From: an uncultured Roseivirgaceae bacterium
GTDB lineage: Bacteria > Bacteroidota > Bacteroidia > Cytophagales > Cyclobacteriaceae
DNA length: 39,278 bases
Assembly: GCA_964626095.1 (NCBI GenBank)
Contig: CAZVFM010000001.1
Coordinates: forward strand, 6,778-46,055
Direction of reading: 5' to 3'
The notes below the pieces were generated by a model that ran no database searches, was not told the DNA's origin, and saw nothing but the letters and a program-made list of their open reading frames with translations. The position numbers and the translations under genes are program-made. Positions 8,246 to 16,810 of this stretch are shown here, piece after piece. Numbering within the stretch: position 1 is the first letter of the stretch; the number at the start of each line of letters is the position of its first letter.

Positions 8246-9003
8246 CAGTAACTTTTCTCGGAACGGGTACCTCTCAAGGTGTGCCGGTGATTGGCTGCAC
8301 CTGTCAGGTTTGCAGCTCACTCGATTTCCGCGACAAAAGACTTCGTACTTCTATTTTCATAGAAGTTAAAAATAAAAACTTTGTGTTTGATACCGGGCCG
8401 GACTTCAGGCAACAAATGCTTCGCGAAAACATCGGCCATCTTGATGCAGTGATTTTCACCCATGCGCATAAAGACCATACCGCAGGATTGGATGACGTAC
8501 GCGCGTTTAACTTCAAACAGAGGATAGACATGCCGATTTATGGAACAAAAGAAGTCCATGACCAACTCAAGCGGGAATTTGCCTATGCCTTTGCCAATGA
8601 TTTTTATCCGGGTGTGCCCCGACTAGAACTAAAAGAAATTTCTTCCGAACCTTTCACTATAGATGGGATACCTATTTGTCCCCTGCCTGTGCATCACATG
8701 AAATTACCTGTTTACGGGTTTAGGATTGAAGATTTCAGCTACGTTACTGATGCCAATTTCATCCCTGATGAGACACTTGACAGGTTAAAAGGAACAAAAA
8801 CATTGGTCCTTAATGCCCTGCAGAAAGAAAAACACATTTCACATTTTAATCTTGATGAGGCAATTGAAATGGTTAATGTCATTAAACCGGAAACTGCTTA
8901 CTTCATTCACATCAGCCACAAATTGGGTCAGCACAAGGAAGTTGAGAAAAAACTCCCTGAAAACGTAGCTTTGGCCTACGATGGACTCAAAATTCAAGCC
9001 TGA
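8242..9003 (+). CDS. MBL-fold metallo-hydrolase (PhnP/tRNase Z-like subgroup)
   Basis: The HxHxDH motif is present (FTHAHKDHTAGLDD). The N-terminus TFLGTGTSQGVPVIGCTCQVCSS is typical of PhnP-like enzymes with a CxCxxC zinc knuckle. The track start at 8140 (TTG) overlaps the upstream ORF by 106 nt. TTG at 8242 gives MTVTFLGTGTS and a TTGA start/stop overlap. Confidence 0.8.
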   Translation: MTVTFLGTGTSQGVPVIGCTCQVCSSLDFRDKRLRTSIFIEVKNKNFVFDTGPDFRQQMLRENIGHLDAVIFTHAHKDHTAGLDDVRAFNFKQRIDMPIYGTKEVHDQLKREFAYAFANDFYPGVPRLELKEISSEPFTIDGIPICPLPVHHMKLPVYGFRIEDFSYVTDANFIPDETLDRLKGTKTLVLNALQKEKHISHFNLDEAIEMVNVIKPETAYFIHISHKLGQHKEVEKKLPENVALAYDGLKIQA

Positions 9004-9005
9004 CC

Positions 9006-10562
9006 TTGCATAACAACTACTATTTTTTATTACAGCTCTGCAAAGAGTTAAAAGAGGTATTTACTGATGCCGTACTTGCTGAATGTTATTCGCAAGATAA
9101 AGATGAGTTGGTTTTGCACTTTGTTAAAGCGAAAAAAAGTCTTTTTATCAAGGCCGATTTAAATCCATTGACGAGCTGTCTCTCGTTTCCATCGTCACTC
9201 AGTCGCGCAAAAAGAAACAGCGTTGACCTATTTAAAGAACTGATTGGTGCCAAAGTCAATTTCATAAAAATATTCGAAAATGAGCGTTGCTTTAGTTTTG
9301 TTTTTGATGGTGCAAAAGAACTACTCTTTAAACTATATGGCCATCGTTCAAATATTTTGTTATTCAGCGATGATGTGTGTATTGCACTTTTTAGAAATAA
9401 ATTGGCCGAAGATGCTGAGATAAAAACTGATGATCTCCCTAAGACTTTAGATTGGAGTAAGGAGGCATTTGTGAGAAATAGAGAGAGACTTAAAAAACAT
9501 TATTTCACTTTTGGCAGGTTAGTTTGGAATTATTTGGATTCTCAAAGCTTTACATCAAAAAATATGGAAGAGCAATGGCTAATGCTGGTTGACTTAAAAA
9601 ACCAGCTTGAGTCACCGGAATTATTCTTTATTACCAGAGATCAGCAATCAATTAAACTTAGCTTTTTCTCTGAAGGTGATATAATAAAGTCAAGTAATTC
9701 TGCAGTAGAAGCCATCAACACTTTTTATCAGGAACTAAGTTATCAAAGCTCAACACAGGATATAAAAAACAAAGCCCTGAATAAGCTACAAAGCAGAATA
9801 AAAGCTGCAGAAAATTACATTGAGAAAACCAAATTAAAAGCTGAAGCCCTTCAATCCGGGAGTTCTTATAAACACAAGGCCGATTTGATAATGGCCAATT
9901 TGCAAAACATTGCAAAAGGTGCTGACGAAATTACTTTAGAGGATTTTTATGCCGAAGGCAAACACATTAAAATCAAACTAAAACCTGATCAAAGCGCACA
10001 GAAAAATGCAGAGGTGTTTTATCGCAAAGCTAAAAATCAGCAAATACAAATTGATAAGTTGAGTGAATCCATAGAAAATAAAGGAAATGAAATCAAGCAA
10101 CTTCAAAAAGCCATGCACGAACTTTCTGATGCTGTCGATCTGAAAAGCGTCAGGCAAATTATCGTTCGTTATAAAATTGATACTACCACACAAAGCGAAA
10201 AAATTATTCTGCCTTACCATGAGATAGTTTACAATAATTATAAAATCCTGATAGGGAAAAATGCTTCATCCAATGATGAACTTACGCTTAGACATACTTA
10301 TAAGGAGGACTTATGGCTGCACGCAAAAGATGTTGCTGGTTCTCATGTTGTAATTAAGTACCAATCGGGGAAAAATTTTCCAAAAGATGTGATTGAACGT
10401 GCCGCTCAATTGGCTGCATATCATTCAAAAAGAAAAACCGAATCGCTATGCCCTGTGGTATATACTCCAAAAAAATTCGTGCGCAAACGTAAAGGTTCGC
10501 TCCCGGGCGAGGTTATTGTAGAAAGAGAAGAGGTAATAATGGTAGTACCTCTGCCAATATGA
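9006..10562 (+). CDS. NFACT-family protein with a C-terminal NFACT-R/DUF814 domain (RqcH/FbpA-like)
   Basis: 518 aa. The C-terminus DLWLHAKDVAGSHVVIK...AAQLAAYHSKRKTESLCPVVYTPKKFVRKRKGSLPGEV is the DUF814 signature. The central part is a long K/E/Q-rich coiled coil, and the N-terminal block is GHRSNILLF. The start is TTG at 9006, 2 nt after the MBL stop, with no in-frame ATG nearby. Confidence 0.75.
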   Translation: MHNNYYFLLQLCKELKEVFTDAVLAECYSQDKDELVLHFVKAKKSLFIKADLNPLTSCLSFPSSLSRAKRNSVDLFKELIGAKVNFIKIFENERCFSFVFDGAKELLFKLYGHRSNILLFSDDVCIALFRNKLAEDAEIKTDDLPKTLDWSKEAFVRNRERLKKHYFTFGRLVWNYLDSQSFTSKNMEEQWLMLVDLKNQLESPELFFITRDQQSIKLSFFSEGDIIKSSNSAVEAINTFYQELSYQSSTQDIKNKALNKLQSRIKAAENYIEKTKLKAEALQSGSSYKHKADLIMANLQNIAKGADEITLEDFYAEGKHIKIKLKPDQSAQKNAEVFYRKAKNQQIQIDKLSESIENKGNEIKQLQKAMHELSDAVDLKSVRQIIVRYKIDTTTQSEKIILPYHEIVYNNYKILIGKNASSNDELTLRHTYKEDLWLHAKDVAGSHVVIKYQSGKNFPKDVIERAAQLAAYHSKRKTESLCPVVYTPKKFVRKRKGSLPGEVIVEREEVIMVVPLPI

Positions 10563-10603
10563 GTGAAAATTATTTTAACAAATAAATATCAACACCTTAA
10601 AGC

Positions 10604-12031
10604 CTATTTGGCAATATTTATTTTCAGCATGTTGGTACGCAGCCGTTCCTCAATAGGCATACTGGCCATAGTAATGAACACATCTCCTCTTTGAACATGT
10701 CCATCTTTTTTCAGAATATTTTCAATATCAGCAATAGTGGTATCCGTGGATGAGGTCTTATCATAAAAATATGCCCTTACGCCCCAAACCAAACTGATTT
10801 GTGAAAGCAATTTCTTGTTTGCTGTAAATACAAAAATATTAGTATCTGGCCGGTGTGATGATGACTTGTAAGCAGTATAACCCGATTGGGTCATCCCGAC
10901 AATCGCTTTTGCATTCACATCTTTTGCGAGCTTACAGGCAGAAAGTACAAGGCTATCGTTATAAAATATCGGAGATGAAGGATCAACCTTGCGAAACTTA
11001 TAGTAAATCTTTGCATTTCGTTCCACCGAACTGATGGTACGCACCATACTTCGAATTACTTCAACCGGATATTTTCCAGCAGCAGTCTCGGCTGAAAGCA
11101 TCAATGCATCTGCACCATCCATTACGGCATTGGCCACATCATTGGTTTCCGCACGAGTAGGTCGGGGATTTTCAATCATGCTCTCCATCATTTGAGTAGC
11201 CACGATCACCGGTTTGGAAGCTTTGGTACATTTTTCTATGATCATCTTTTGCGCCATAGGTACTTCTTCCAGCAAAATCTCTACACCTAAATCGCCACGC
11301 GCAACCATTACCGCATCTGTAACTTCTATGATCTCGTCAATATTTACAAGGCCTTCGGGCTTTTCAATTTTAGCCACAATACGGGTAAGTGCATTTTTCT
11401 TGTTAATGATTTCTCTTAATTGTAGGATGTCTTCGGCCCTTCTTACAAAAGAGAGCGCCACCCAATCCACATCATTGGCTAAACCAAACTCAAGATCTTC
11501 AAGATCTTTCTCAGTTAGCGAGGGTGCTGTAACGCGGGAATAAGGCAGGTTAATTCCTTTGCGTGATTTTAACTCACCCCCATGAACAACCTGGGTCAAT
11601 ACCTCAACATCTCTCACCTCTTTTACTGTAAGCTCTATTTTACCATCGTCAATAAGAATTATATCACCTGATTTAACATCTTTTGGTAAATTCTGATAGG
11701 ATGTGCTTACCTGATCTTTGTTTCCTAAAACTTCACGGATTGTAATTATCAGCTCTTGTCCGCGTGTAAGCATGGTTCCGGGTTGAACATCATTAACTCT
11801 AATTTTCGGACCTTGCAAATCCTGTAATATACTCACATTGGTACCCAGTTCTTCGTTAACTTCCCTTATTAACTGAAGTACATCCAAATGTTGGCTGTGT
11901 GAGCCATGCGAAAAATTCAACCTGAATACATCCACCCCTTCTTTTACCAATGCCCTTAGTTTTTCTTTGGTATTGGATGCAGGACCAATAGTGGCAACTA
12001 TTTTAGTCTTGTTATAAATGATTTTTTCCAT
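10604..12031 (-). CDS. pyk: Pyruvate kinase
   Basis: 475 aa with TKIVATIGPAS, FRLNFSHG, MVARGDLGVE and ATQMMESM. Confidence 0.95.
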   Translation of the reverse strand: MEKIIYNKTKIVATIGPASNTKEKLRALVKEGVDVFRLNFSHGSHSQHLDVLQLIREVNEELGTNVSILQDLQGPKIRVNDVQPGTMLTRGQELIITIREVLGNKDQVSTSYQNLPKDVKSGDIILIDDGKIELTVKEVRDVEVLTQVVHGGELKSRKGINLPYSRVTAPSLTEKDLEDLEFGLANDVDWVALSFVRRAEDILQLREIINKKNALTRIVAKIEKPEGLVNIDEIIEVTDAVMVARGDLGVEILLEEVPMAQKMIIEKCTKASKPVIVATQMMESMIENPRPTRAETNDVANAVMDGADALMLSAETAAGKYPVEVIRSMVRTISSVERNAKIYYKFRKVDPSSPIFYNDSLVLSACKLAKDVNAKAIVGMTQSGYTAYKSSSHRPDTNIFVFTANKKLLSQISLVWGVRAYFYDKTSSTDTTIADIENILKKDGHVQRGDVFITMASMPIEERLRTNMLKINIAK

Positions 12032-12460
12032 TTAGAAAATAAAATTCTCTTTTGAGCGCATTCCCTCCACCGGAAGCTCGGCAACATACTCTATGCAAGT
12101 CAGTTTTTTCAGAGAATCGGTTAAATTATTTCCGAAATCGTTTTCAATGCTTTTAACAAGCAGTATATAGTCGAAGTGCGGGTACTCAATTACCAGGGAA
12201 TATTTAGCAGGATCGGAAGGAACCTCATTGGGCCTGTTACGAAAAAGCCTGATTACATTAAGTGGTGTTTCGTACTCAAAAGAGACAAATGTTCTGTCAT
12301 CACCCGATTTATAGGTAATGGGTAAATCGTCCTTTCGGATGAGTTTAATCTTGAGTAAATTATTAAGTTCCCAGGCCAGTCGATGTGGCTTAACAGAAGA
12401 AGTAATGCCAAAAAGCTCAAAATTATATTCATATTCAGCCAGCAATTTCTTCTTTTTCAT
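12032..12460 (-). CDS. Conserved hypothetical protein, probably IPExxxVDY family
   Basis: 142 aa. It contains VIEYPHFDY, which fits the xxExxxxDY core of the IPExxxVDY motif. Its stop codon directly abuts the pyk start with 0 nt between them. From memory, this family sits next to pyk and opposite acpP-fabF-rnc in Bacteroidota. Confidence 0.6.
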   Translation of the reverse strand: MKKKKLLAEYEYNFELFGITSSVKPHRLAWELNNLLKIKLIRKDDLPITYKSGDDRTFVSFEYETPLNVIRLFRNRPNEVPSDPAKYSLVIEYPHFDYILLVKSIENDFGNNLTDSLKKLTCIEYVAELPVEGMRSKENFIF

Positions 12461-12514
12461 AAATAATGGGCTAAATTGAAGTTTAAACGCTATTAATGCG
12501 CAAAAGAAAAATAG

Positions 12515-12546
12515 TTTGACAATAATCGTTTAAATATATTTCTTTG
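12515..12546 (+). promoter_or_regulatory. Weak candidate promoter for acpP
   Basis: TTTG lies at 12515-12518. An imperfect -7-like tatatttctttg lies at 12535-12546, about 35 nt upstream of the acpP ATG. It is not a perfect TAnnTTTG. Confidence 0.3.
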
Positions 12547-12579
12547 CAGAGATTTTGAATAATCAAACCATTAAAAAAC

Positions 12580-12816
12580 ATGTCTGAAATCGCACAAAAA
12601 GTAAAGCAAATCATCATCGAGAAACTCGGTGTGGAAGAATCTGAAGTTACGCCTGAGGCTAGCTTTACCAATGACTTAGGAGCCGACTCTCTTGATACAG
12701 TTGAGCTCATCATGGAATTCGAAAAAGAATTCAACATCTCTATTCCTGACGACCAGGCCGAAAACATTTCAACTGTTGGTCAGGCCATTTCGTATCTGGA
12801 AGAGAACGTAAAATAG
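12580..12816 (+). CDS. acpP: Acyl carrier protein
   Basis: 78 aa with [16 protein letters not shown], which includes the phosphopantetheine-attachment serine. Confidence 0.97.
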   Translation: MSEIAQKVKQIIIEKLGVEESEVTPEASFTNDLGADSLDTVELIMEFEKEFNISIPDDQAENISTVGQAISYLEENVK

Positions 12817-12821
12817 TTTTT

Positions 12822-12835
12822 TCGGCTATAGCCGA
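12822..12835 (+). other. Small palindromic hairpin between acpP and fabF
   Basis: tcggctatagccga forms a 5-6 bp stem. It is preceded by a T-run rather than followed by one, so it is not a canonical terminator. It might act as an attenuator or processing site. Confidence 0.25.
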
Positions 12836-12853
12836 TCATTCAAATAAGCTATC

Positions 12854-14104
12854 ATGAACTTGAGACGAGTAGTCGTTACCGGAATTGGTGCCCTCACACC
12901 TATCGGCAATACCTATCCAGAATTTTGGGAAGGTTTAAAAGCTGGTAAAAGTGGTGCTGCCCCAATTACCCGGTTTGACACTACTCATTTTAAAACCAAA
13001 TTCGCATGTGAAGTAAAGGGATTTGATGTGGGTAACTTCCTTGACAGGAAAGAAGCCCGCAAAATGGACCCCTTTGCCCAATATGCCATGGTAGTGGTTG
13101 ATGAGGCTATAAAAGATTCTGAGCTTCCGTTATCAGAACTTGATCTGGACCGTGTAGGTGTTATTTGGGGTTCGGGTATCGGGGGCTTATTAACTTTTCA
13201 GGAAGAAGTCAAATCATATGCTAAAGGAGAGGGTATTCCCCGCTTCAATCCCTTCTTCATTCCTAAAATGATTCCTGACTTAAGTGCCGGACATATATCC
13301 ATAAAGTACGGGTTCAGGGGCCCAAACTTCGTTACTGTTTCAGCTTGTGCTTCATCTACCAATGCACTCTATGATGCCTTAACTTATATACGATTAGGTA
13401 AGGCTGATATTATTGTTTCCGGAGGATCAGAAGCTGCCGTTTGTGAAGCAGGTGTTGGAGGTTTTAATGCCATGAAAGCCCTTTCGGAAAGAAATGATTC
13501 GCCTGAAACTGCAAGCAGACCCTACGACAAAGACCGCGATGGTTTTGTTCTGGGAGAAGGTGCGGGCGCACTCATTCTTGAAGAATATGAACACGCAAAA
13601 GCCAGGGGCGCAAAAATTTATGCTGAAGTATTGGGTGGCGGCATGTCATCAGATGCGTATCATATCACAGCTCCGCATCCTGAAGGTACAGGCATTATTA
13701 AAGTAATGGGCTACGCGCTGGAAGACGCAGGAATCAAGCCCGAAGATATTGACTATGTGAACACTCACGGCACTTCAACACCCTTGGGCGATTTAGGAGA
13801 AATTAAAGCCATACAAAAGGTTTTTGGAGAACATGCCTACAATCTCAATATCAGTTCCACCAAATCCATGACCGGGCATTTATTAGGCGCAGCAGGTGCC
13901 ATTGAAAGTCTGGCCTGTATATTGGCAATTAAAGAGGGTGTAATACCCCCCACCATTAATCACTTTACTGACGATGAGGGTCTAGACCCCAAGCTTAACC
14001 TTACTTTTAATAAGGCGCAAAAAAGAGAAGTCAATATAGCACTAAGCAATACCTTTGGTTTTGGAGGCCATAACTTCTCCATCATCTTGAAAAAAGTTGA
14101 GTAA
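12854..14104 (+). CDS. fabF: Beta-ketoacyl-ACP synthase II
   Basis: 416 aa with the active-site SACASS, the HGTSTPLGD and GHLLGAAG histidines, and the C-terminal NTFGFGGHN. Confidence 0.95.
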   Translation: MNLRRVVVTGIGALTPIGNTYPEFWEGLKAGKSGAAPITRFDTTHFKTKFACEVKGFDVGNFLDRKEARKMDPFAQYAMVVVDEAIKDSELPLSELDLDRVGVIWGSGIGGLLTFQEEVKSYAKGEGIPRFNPFFIPKMIPDLSAGHISIKYGFRGPNFVTVSACASSTNALYDALTYIRLGKADIIVSGGSEAAVCEAGVGGFNAMKALSERNDSPETASRPYDKDRDGFVLGEGAGALILEEYEHAKARGAKIYAEVLGGGMSSDAYHITAPHPEGTGIIKVMGYALEDAGIKPEDIDYVNTHGTSTPLGDLGEIKAIQKVFGEHAYNLNISSTKSMTGHLLGAAGAIESLACILAIKEGVIPPTINHFTDDEGLDPKLNLTFNKAQKREVNIALSNTFGFGGHNFSIILKKVE

Positions 14105-14118
14105 GTTTCCCCGATCGC

Positions 14119-14832
14119 GTGTGGAATAAAATTTTCAATAGCTCATCATCAGATAAAAAACTAAAAAGTGCCATTAGAGTTATTGCTGGCTTTGCACCAG
14201 GCAACCTTGAACTCTATAAACTGGCCACTATGCACAGCTCAATGTCTAAAGAAGCCAACGGTTTTCGCGAATCGAATGAACGACTGGAATACCTTGGCGA
14301 TGCTGTTTTAGGAGCTACTATTGCGGACTTCCTTTTTAAAAAATTTCCTTTTAAAGACGAGGGCTTTCTAACAGAGATACGATCAAGAATGGTTAACAGA
14401 GAGTCACTTAATTTAATTGCTAAAAAAATTGGCATAGCCGAAATTGTTCAGTTCGATCACAAAAACAGCCAGCTTCAGCAAGTAATCTTAGGCAATGCAT
14501 TGGAAGCTATTGTTGGGGCTGTTTATCTCGATAAGGGTTATAAAAAGTGTAAGAAATTCGTCATCCAAAAACTGGTTATCCCCTATTTTAACCTGGAGGA
14601 AGTGGTAAGTTCCAATGCCAATCCAAAGAGCCGCATCATAGAATGGTCACAACGTAACAATAAAACCATTCGCTTTGATGTTGAAATAATTAAAAAGGGT
14701 AAAAACCTGAAAGAGTTTATAGCCCAGGTTATTATTGATGATGAACCCTACGGAAAGGGCTTTGGTTACAATAAGAAAAAAGCAGAACAAGATGCCGCAC
14801 TTAAGTCTTGCGAGTTGCTTAACCTGGAATAA
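14119..14832 (+). CDS. rnc: Ribonuclease III
   Basis: 237 aa with the NERLEYLGDAVL signature and a C-terminal dsRBD (KSRIIEW...GYNKKKAEQDAA). The start is GTG at 14119. Confidence 0.9.
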   Translation: MWNKIFNSSSSDKKLKSAIRVIAGFAPGNLELYKLATMHSSMSKEANGFRESNERLEYLGDAVLGATIADFLFKKFPFKDEGFLTEIRSRMVNRESLNLIAKKIGIAEIVQFDHKNSQLQQVILGNALEAIVGAVYLDKGYKKCKKFVIQKLVIPYFNLEEVVSSNANPKSRIIEWSQRNNKTIRFDVEIIKKGKNLKEFIAQVIIDDEPYGKGFGYNKKKAEQDAALKSCELLNLE

Positions 14833-14896
14833 TTTTAACTTAACACCCAACAAAAAGCTTTGTTGACAGTTTCCTTATCAATAATTAATTTCTTTC

Positions 14897-14904
14897 GATA
14901 TTTG
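14897..14904 (+). promoter_or_regulatory. Near-consensus -7 box for nadE
   Basis: GATATTTG has one mismatch to TAnnTTTG. It is followed by 5 nt (cagcg) and then ATG at 14910. An upstream TTTG lies at 14869-14872. Confidence 0.35.
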
Positions 14905-14909
14905 CAGCG

Positions 14910-16763
14910 ATGTCAAAAAAACTTCTGATTGCTGGGGCTTCCCTTAACCAGATTCCCATTGACTGGGATAACAATACACGCAACATTATAAATGCCATAA
15001 ACGGTGCCAGACAACAGCATGCAGATATCCTGGGTCTTCCTGAACTATGTTTAACAGGTTATGGTTGTGAGGACCTTTTCCTATCTGATTGGGTGAGCCA
15101 AACCAGCTGGCAAAAACTTAAATTAATACAAGGGCATTGCGAAAATATTACGGCATGCATAGGGCTGCCGGTTCGTATTGAAGGAAGTACTTATAATGGC
15201 GTTTGTGTAATCAGCAATAAAGAAATATTGGGCATAAGTTTGAAACAATTCATGGCCCGTGATGGGGTACATTACGAACCCCGCTGGTTTGAACCCTGGC
15301 CATCCGGCAAGCAAATAAAACTTCAAATAAATAATGAAGAAGTACTTGTTGGTGATATTGTTTACAACCTGAAAAATGTAAGTTTTGGTTTTGAGATATG
15401 TGAAGATGCCTGGCGCAGCAACAGGCCAGGAATTAAATTGCACGAAAGAAAAGTTGACCTCATCATTAATCCAAGTGCTAGTCATTTTGCGTTAGCTAAA
15501 AATTTTGACAGAGAAAAGCTGGTTAAAGAAAGCTCAACGCGTTTCGATTGCACTTACCTCTATGTAAATCATCTTGGTAATGAAGCTGGTCGCATGACCT
15601 ATGATGGAGATATACTACTCGCGCAGAAGGGTCAACTCATTGCATCAAACAAAAGGTTATCATTTCAATCGCATAACTTACTATGTCTTACAGTTGATTT
15701 CTCTGATCCAACAAAATCAGAAATAAAATTAAATGATGAGGCCATCTCAAGGTTTGAAGAATTTGCAAGAGCAGCATCGCTGGCCTTATTTGATTACCTG
15801 AGAAAAAGTAAATCAAAAGGATTTGTACTTTCCTTAAGCGGTGGAGCCGATTCTTCCTGTTGTGCAGTTTTAGTGAGTGAAATGATAAGAAGGGGCGTCA
15901 AGGAATTGGGATGGGAAACATTTTGCAAGCAATTGCAAATTGAATCTTCGGCCTTTAGTAAGGATATTAAACTACTCACCTCACACCTGCTTACCTGTGC
16001 CTATCAAAGCAGCACGAATTCATCAGACAAAACTTACGATGCTGCTAAAGCTTTGGCACACGAAATCAATTTTATATTTTATCATTGGTCTATAAATGAA
16101 GACATACAGTCGTACACCAAGAAAATCGAAAAAGCATTAGAAAGAACTTTAAGCTGGGAAAATGATGACATTGCTTTACAGAACATTCAAGCAAGAGCAA
16201 GGTCTCCGATTATCTGGATGTTGGCAAATATTAAATCAGCCTTATTAATCACAACATCAAACAGAAGTGAGGGTGACGTTGGCTATGCCACTATGGATGG
16301 AGATACCAGCGGGAGCCTTGCCCCCATTGCCGGGATTGACAAGCCATTTATTCTTAATTGGTTGAAATGGGCCGAACAAAGTCTGGGGTATAAATCGCTG
16401 GGTGCTGTAAATGCGCTAACACCCTCAGCAGAATTAAGGCCACAATCACGCGCCCAAACCGATGAGCAGGATCTCATGCCCTATGAAGCATTGGTAAGAA
16501 TAGAAAAATTGGCCATACTTGGCAGACAGTCGCCCTTGCGTGTGTATGAAGCCATGAAAAATGATTACGCTGATCAAAATAAACTCAAAGGCTACATCGG
16601 TAAGTTTTTCAGGCTGTGGGCCGCTAACCAATGGAAAAGAGAACGCATGGCGCCTTCATTTCATTTTGACGACCTGAATGTGGACCCGCGCAGTTGGTGT
16701 CGTTTCCCTATTCTCAGTGGTTCGTTCAAAGAAGAACTCGCTGCTTTAGAAAGCACCAATTAA
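14910..16763 (+). CDS. nadE: Glutamine-dependent NAD+ synthetase (large form: N-terminal CN-hydrolase glutaminase plus synthetase)
   Basis: 617 aa. The nitrilase-type catalytic Cys context FGFEICEDAW is in the N-terminal domain. The PP-loop SLSGGADSS is in the C-terminal domain. Confidence 0.9.
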   Translation: MSKKLLIAGASLNQIPIDWDNNTRNIINAINGARQQHADILGLPELCLTGYGCEDLFLSDWVSQTSWQKLKLIQGHCENITACIGLPVRIEGSTYNGVCVISNKEILGISLKQFMARDGVHYEPRWFEPWPSGKQIKLQINNEEVLVGDIVYNLKNVSFGFEICEDAWRSNRPGIKLHERKVDLIINPSASHFALAKNFDREKLVKESSTRFDCTYLYVNHLGNEAGRMTYDGDILLAQKGQLIASNKRLSFQSHNLLCLTVDFSDPTKSEIKLNDEAISRFEEFARAASLALFDYLRKSKSKGFVLSLSGGADSSCCAVLVSEMIRRGVKELGWETFCKQLQIESSAFSKDIKLLTSHLLTCAYQSSTNSSDKTYDAAKALAHEINFIFYHWSINEDIQSYTKKIEKALERTLSWENDDIALQNIQARARSPIIWMLANIKSALLITTSNRSEGDVGYATMDGDTSGSLAPIAGIDKPFILNWLKWAEQSLGYKSLGAVNALTPSAELRPQSRAQTDEQDLMPYEALVRIEKLAILGRQSPLRVYEAMKNDYADQNKLKGYIGKFFRLWAANQWKRERMAPSFHFDDLNVDPRSWCRFPILSGSFKEELAALESTN

Positions 16764-16797
16764 TTATTTAATCACACATGCCTTTAGGTATTTAATA

Positions 16798-16805
16798 TAT
16801 ATTTG
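16798..16805 (+). promoter_or_regulatory. Candidate -7 promoter box for lgt
   Basis: TATATTTG is a perfect TAnnTTTG. It is followed by 5 nt (cggct) and then ATG at 16811. Confidence 0.45.
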
Positions 16806-16810
16806 CGGCT

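Noticed and set aside
12483-12767. 94-aa minus-strand ORF across the acpP region
   Set aside because: It is antisense to acpP, whose DSLD acyl-carrier motif is unambiguous, and it spans the acpP promoter region.
438-16631. Many 60-120-aa ORFs from the track nested inside or antisense to larger genes (for example 438-620, 857-1069, 2589-2825, 3093-3663, 4059-4374, 5467-6228, 6583-6783, 7023-7746, 8304-8565, 9715-10220, 11214-11543, 13494-13706, 14214-14853, 15123-15485, 15794-16631)
   Set aside because: Each overlaps a long ORF that has clear family motifs. Their translations are low-complexity or Ser/Leu/Arg-rich, as expected for out-of-frame or antisense reading of AT-rich coding DNA. None has its own promoter box or start context.
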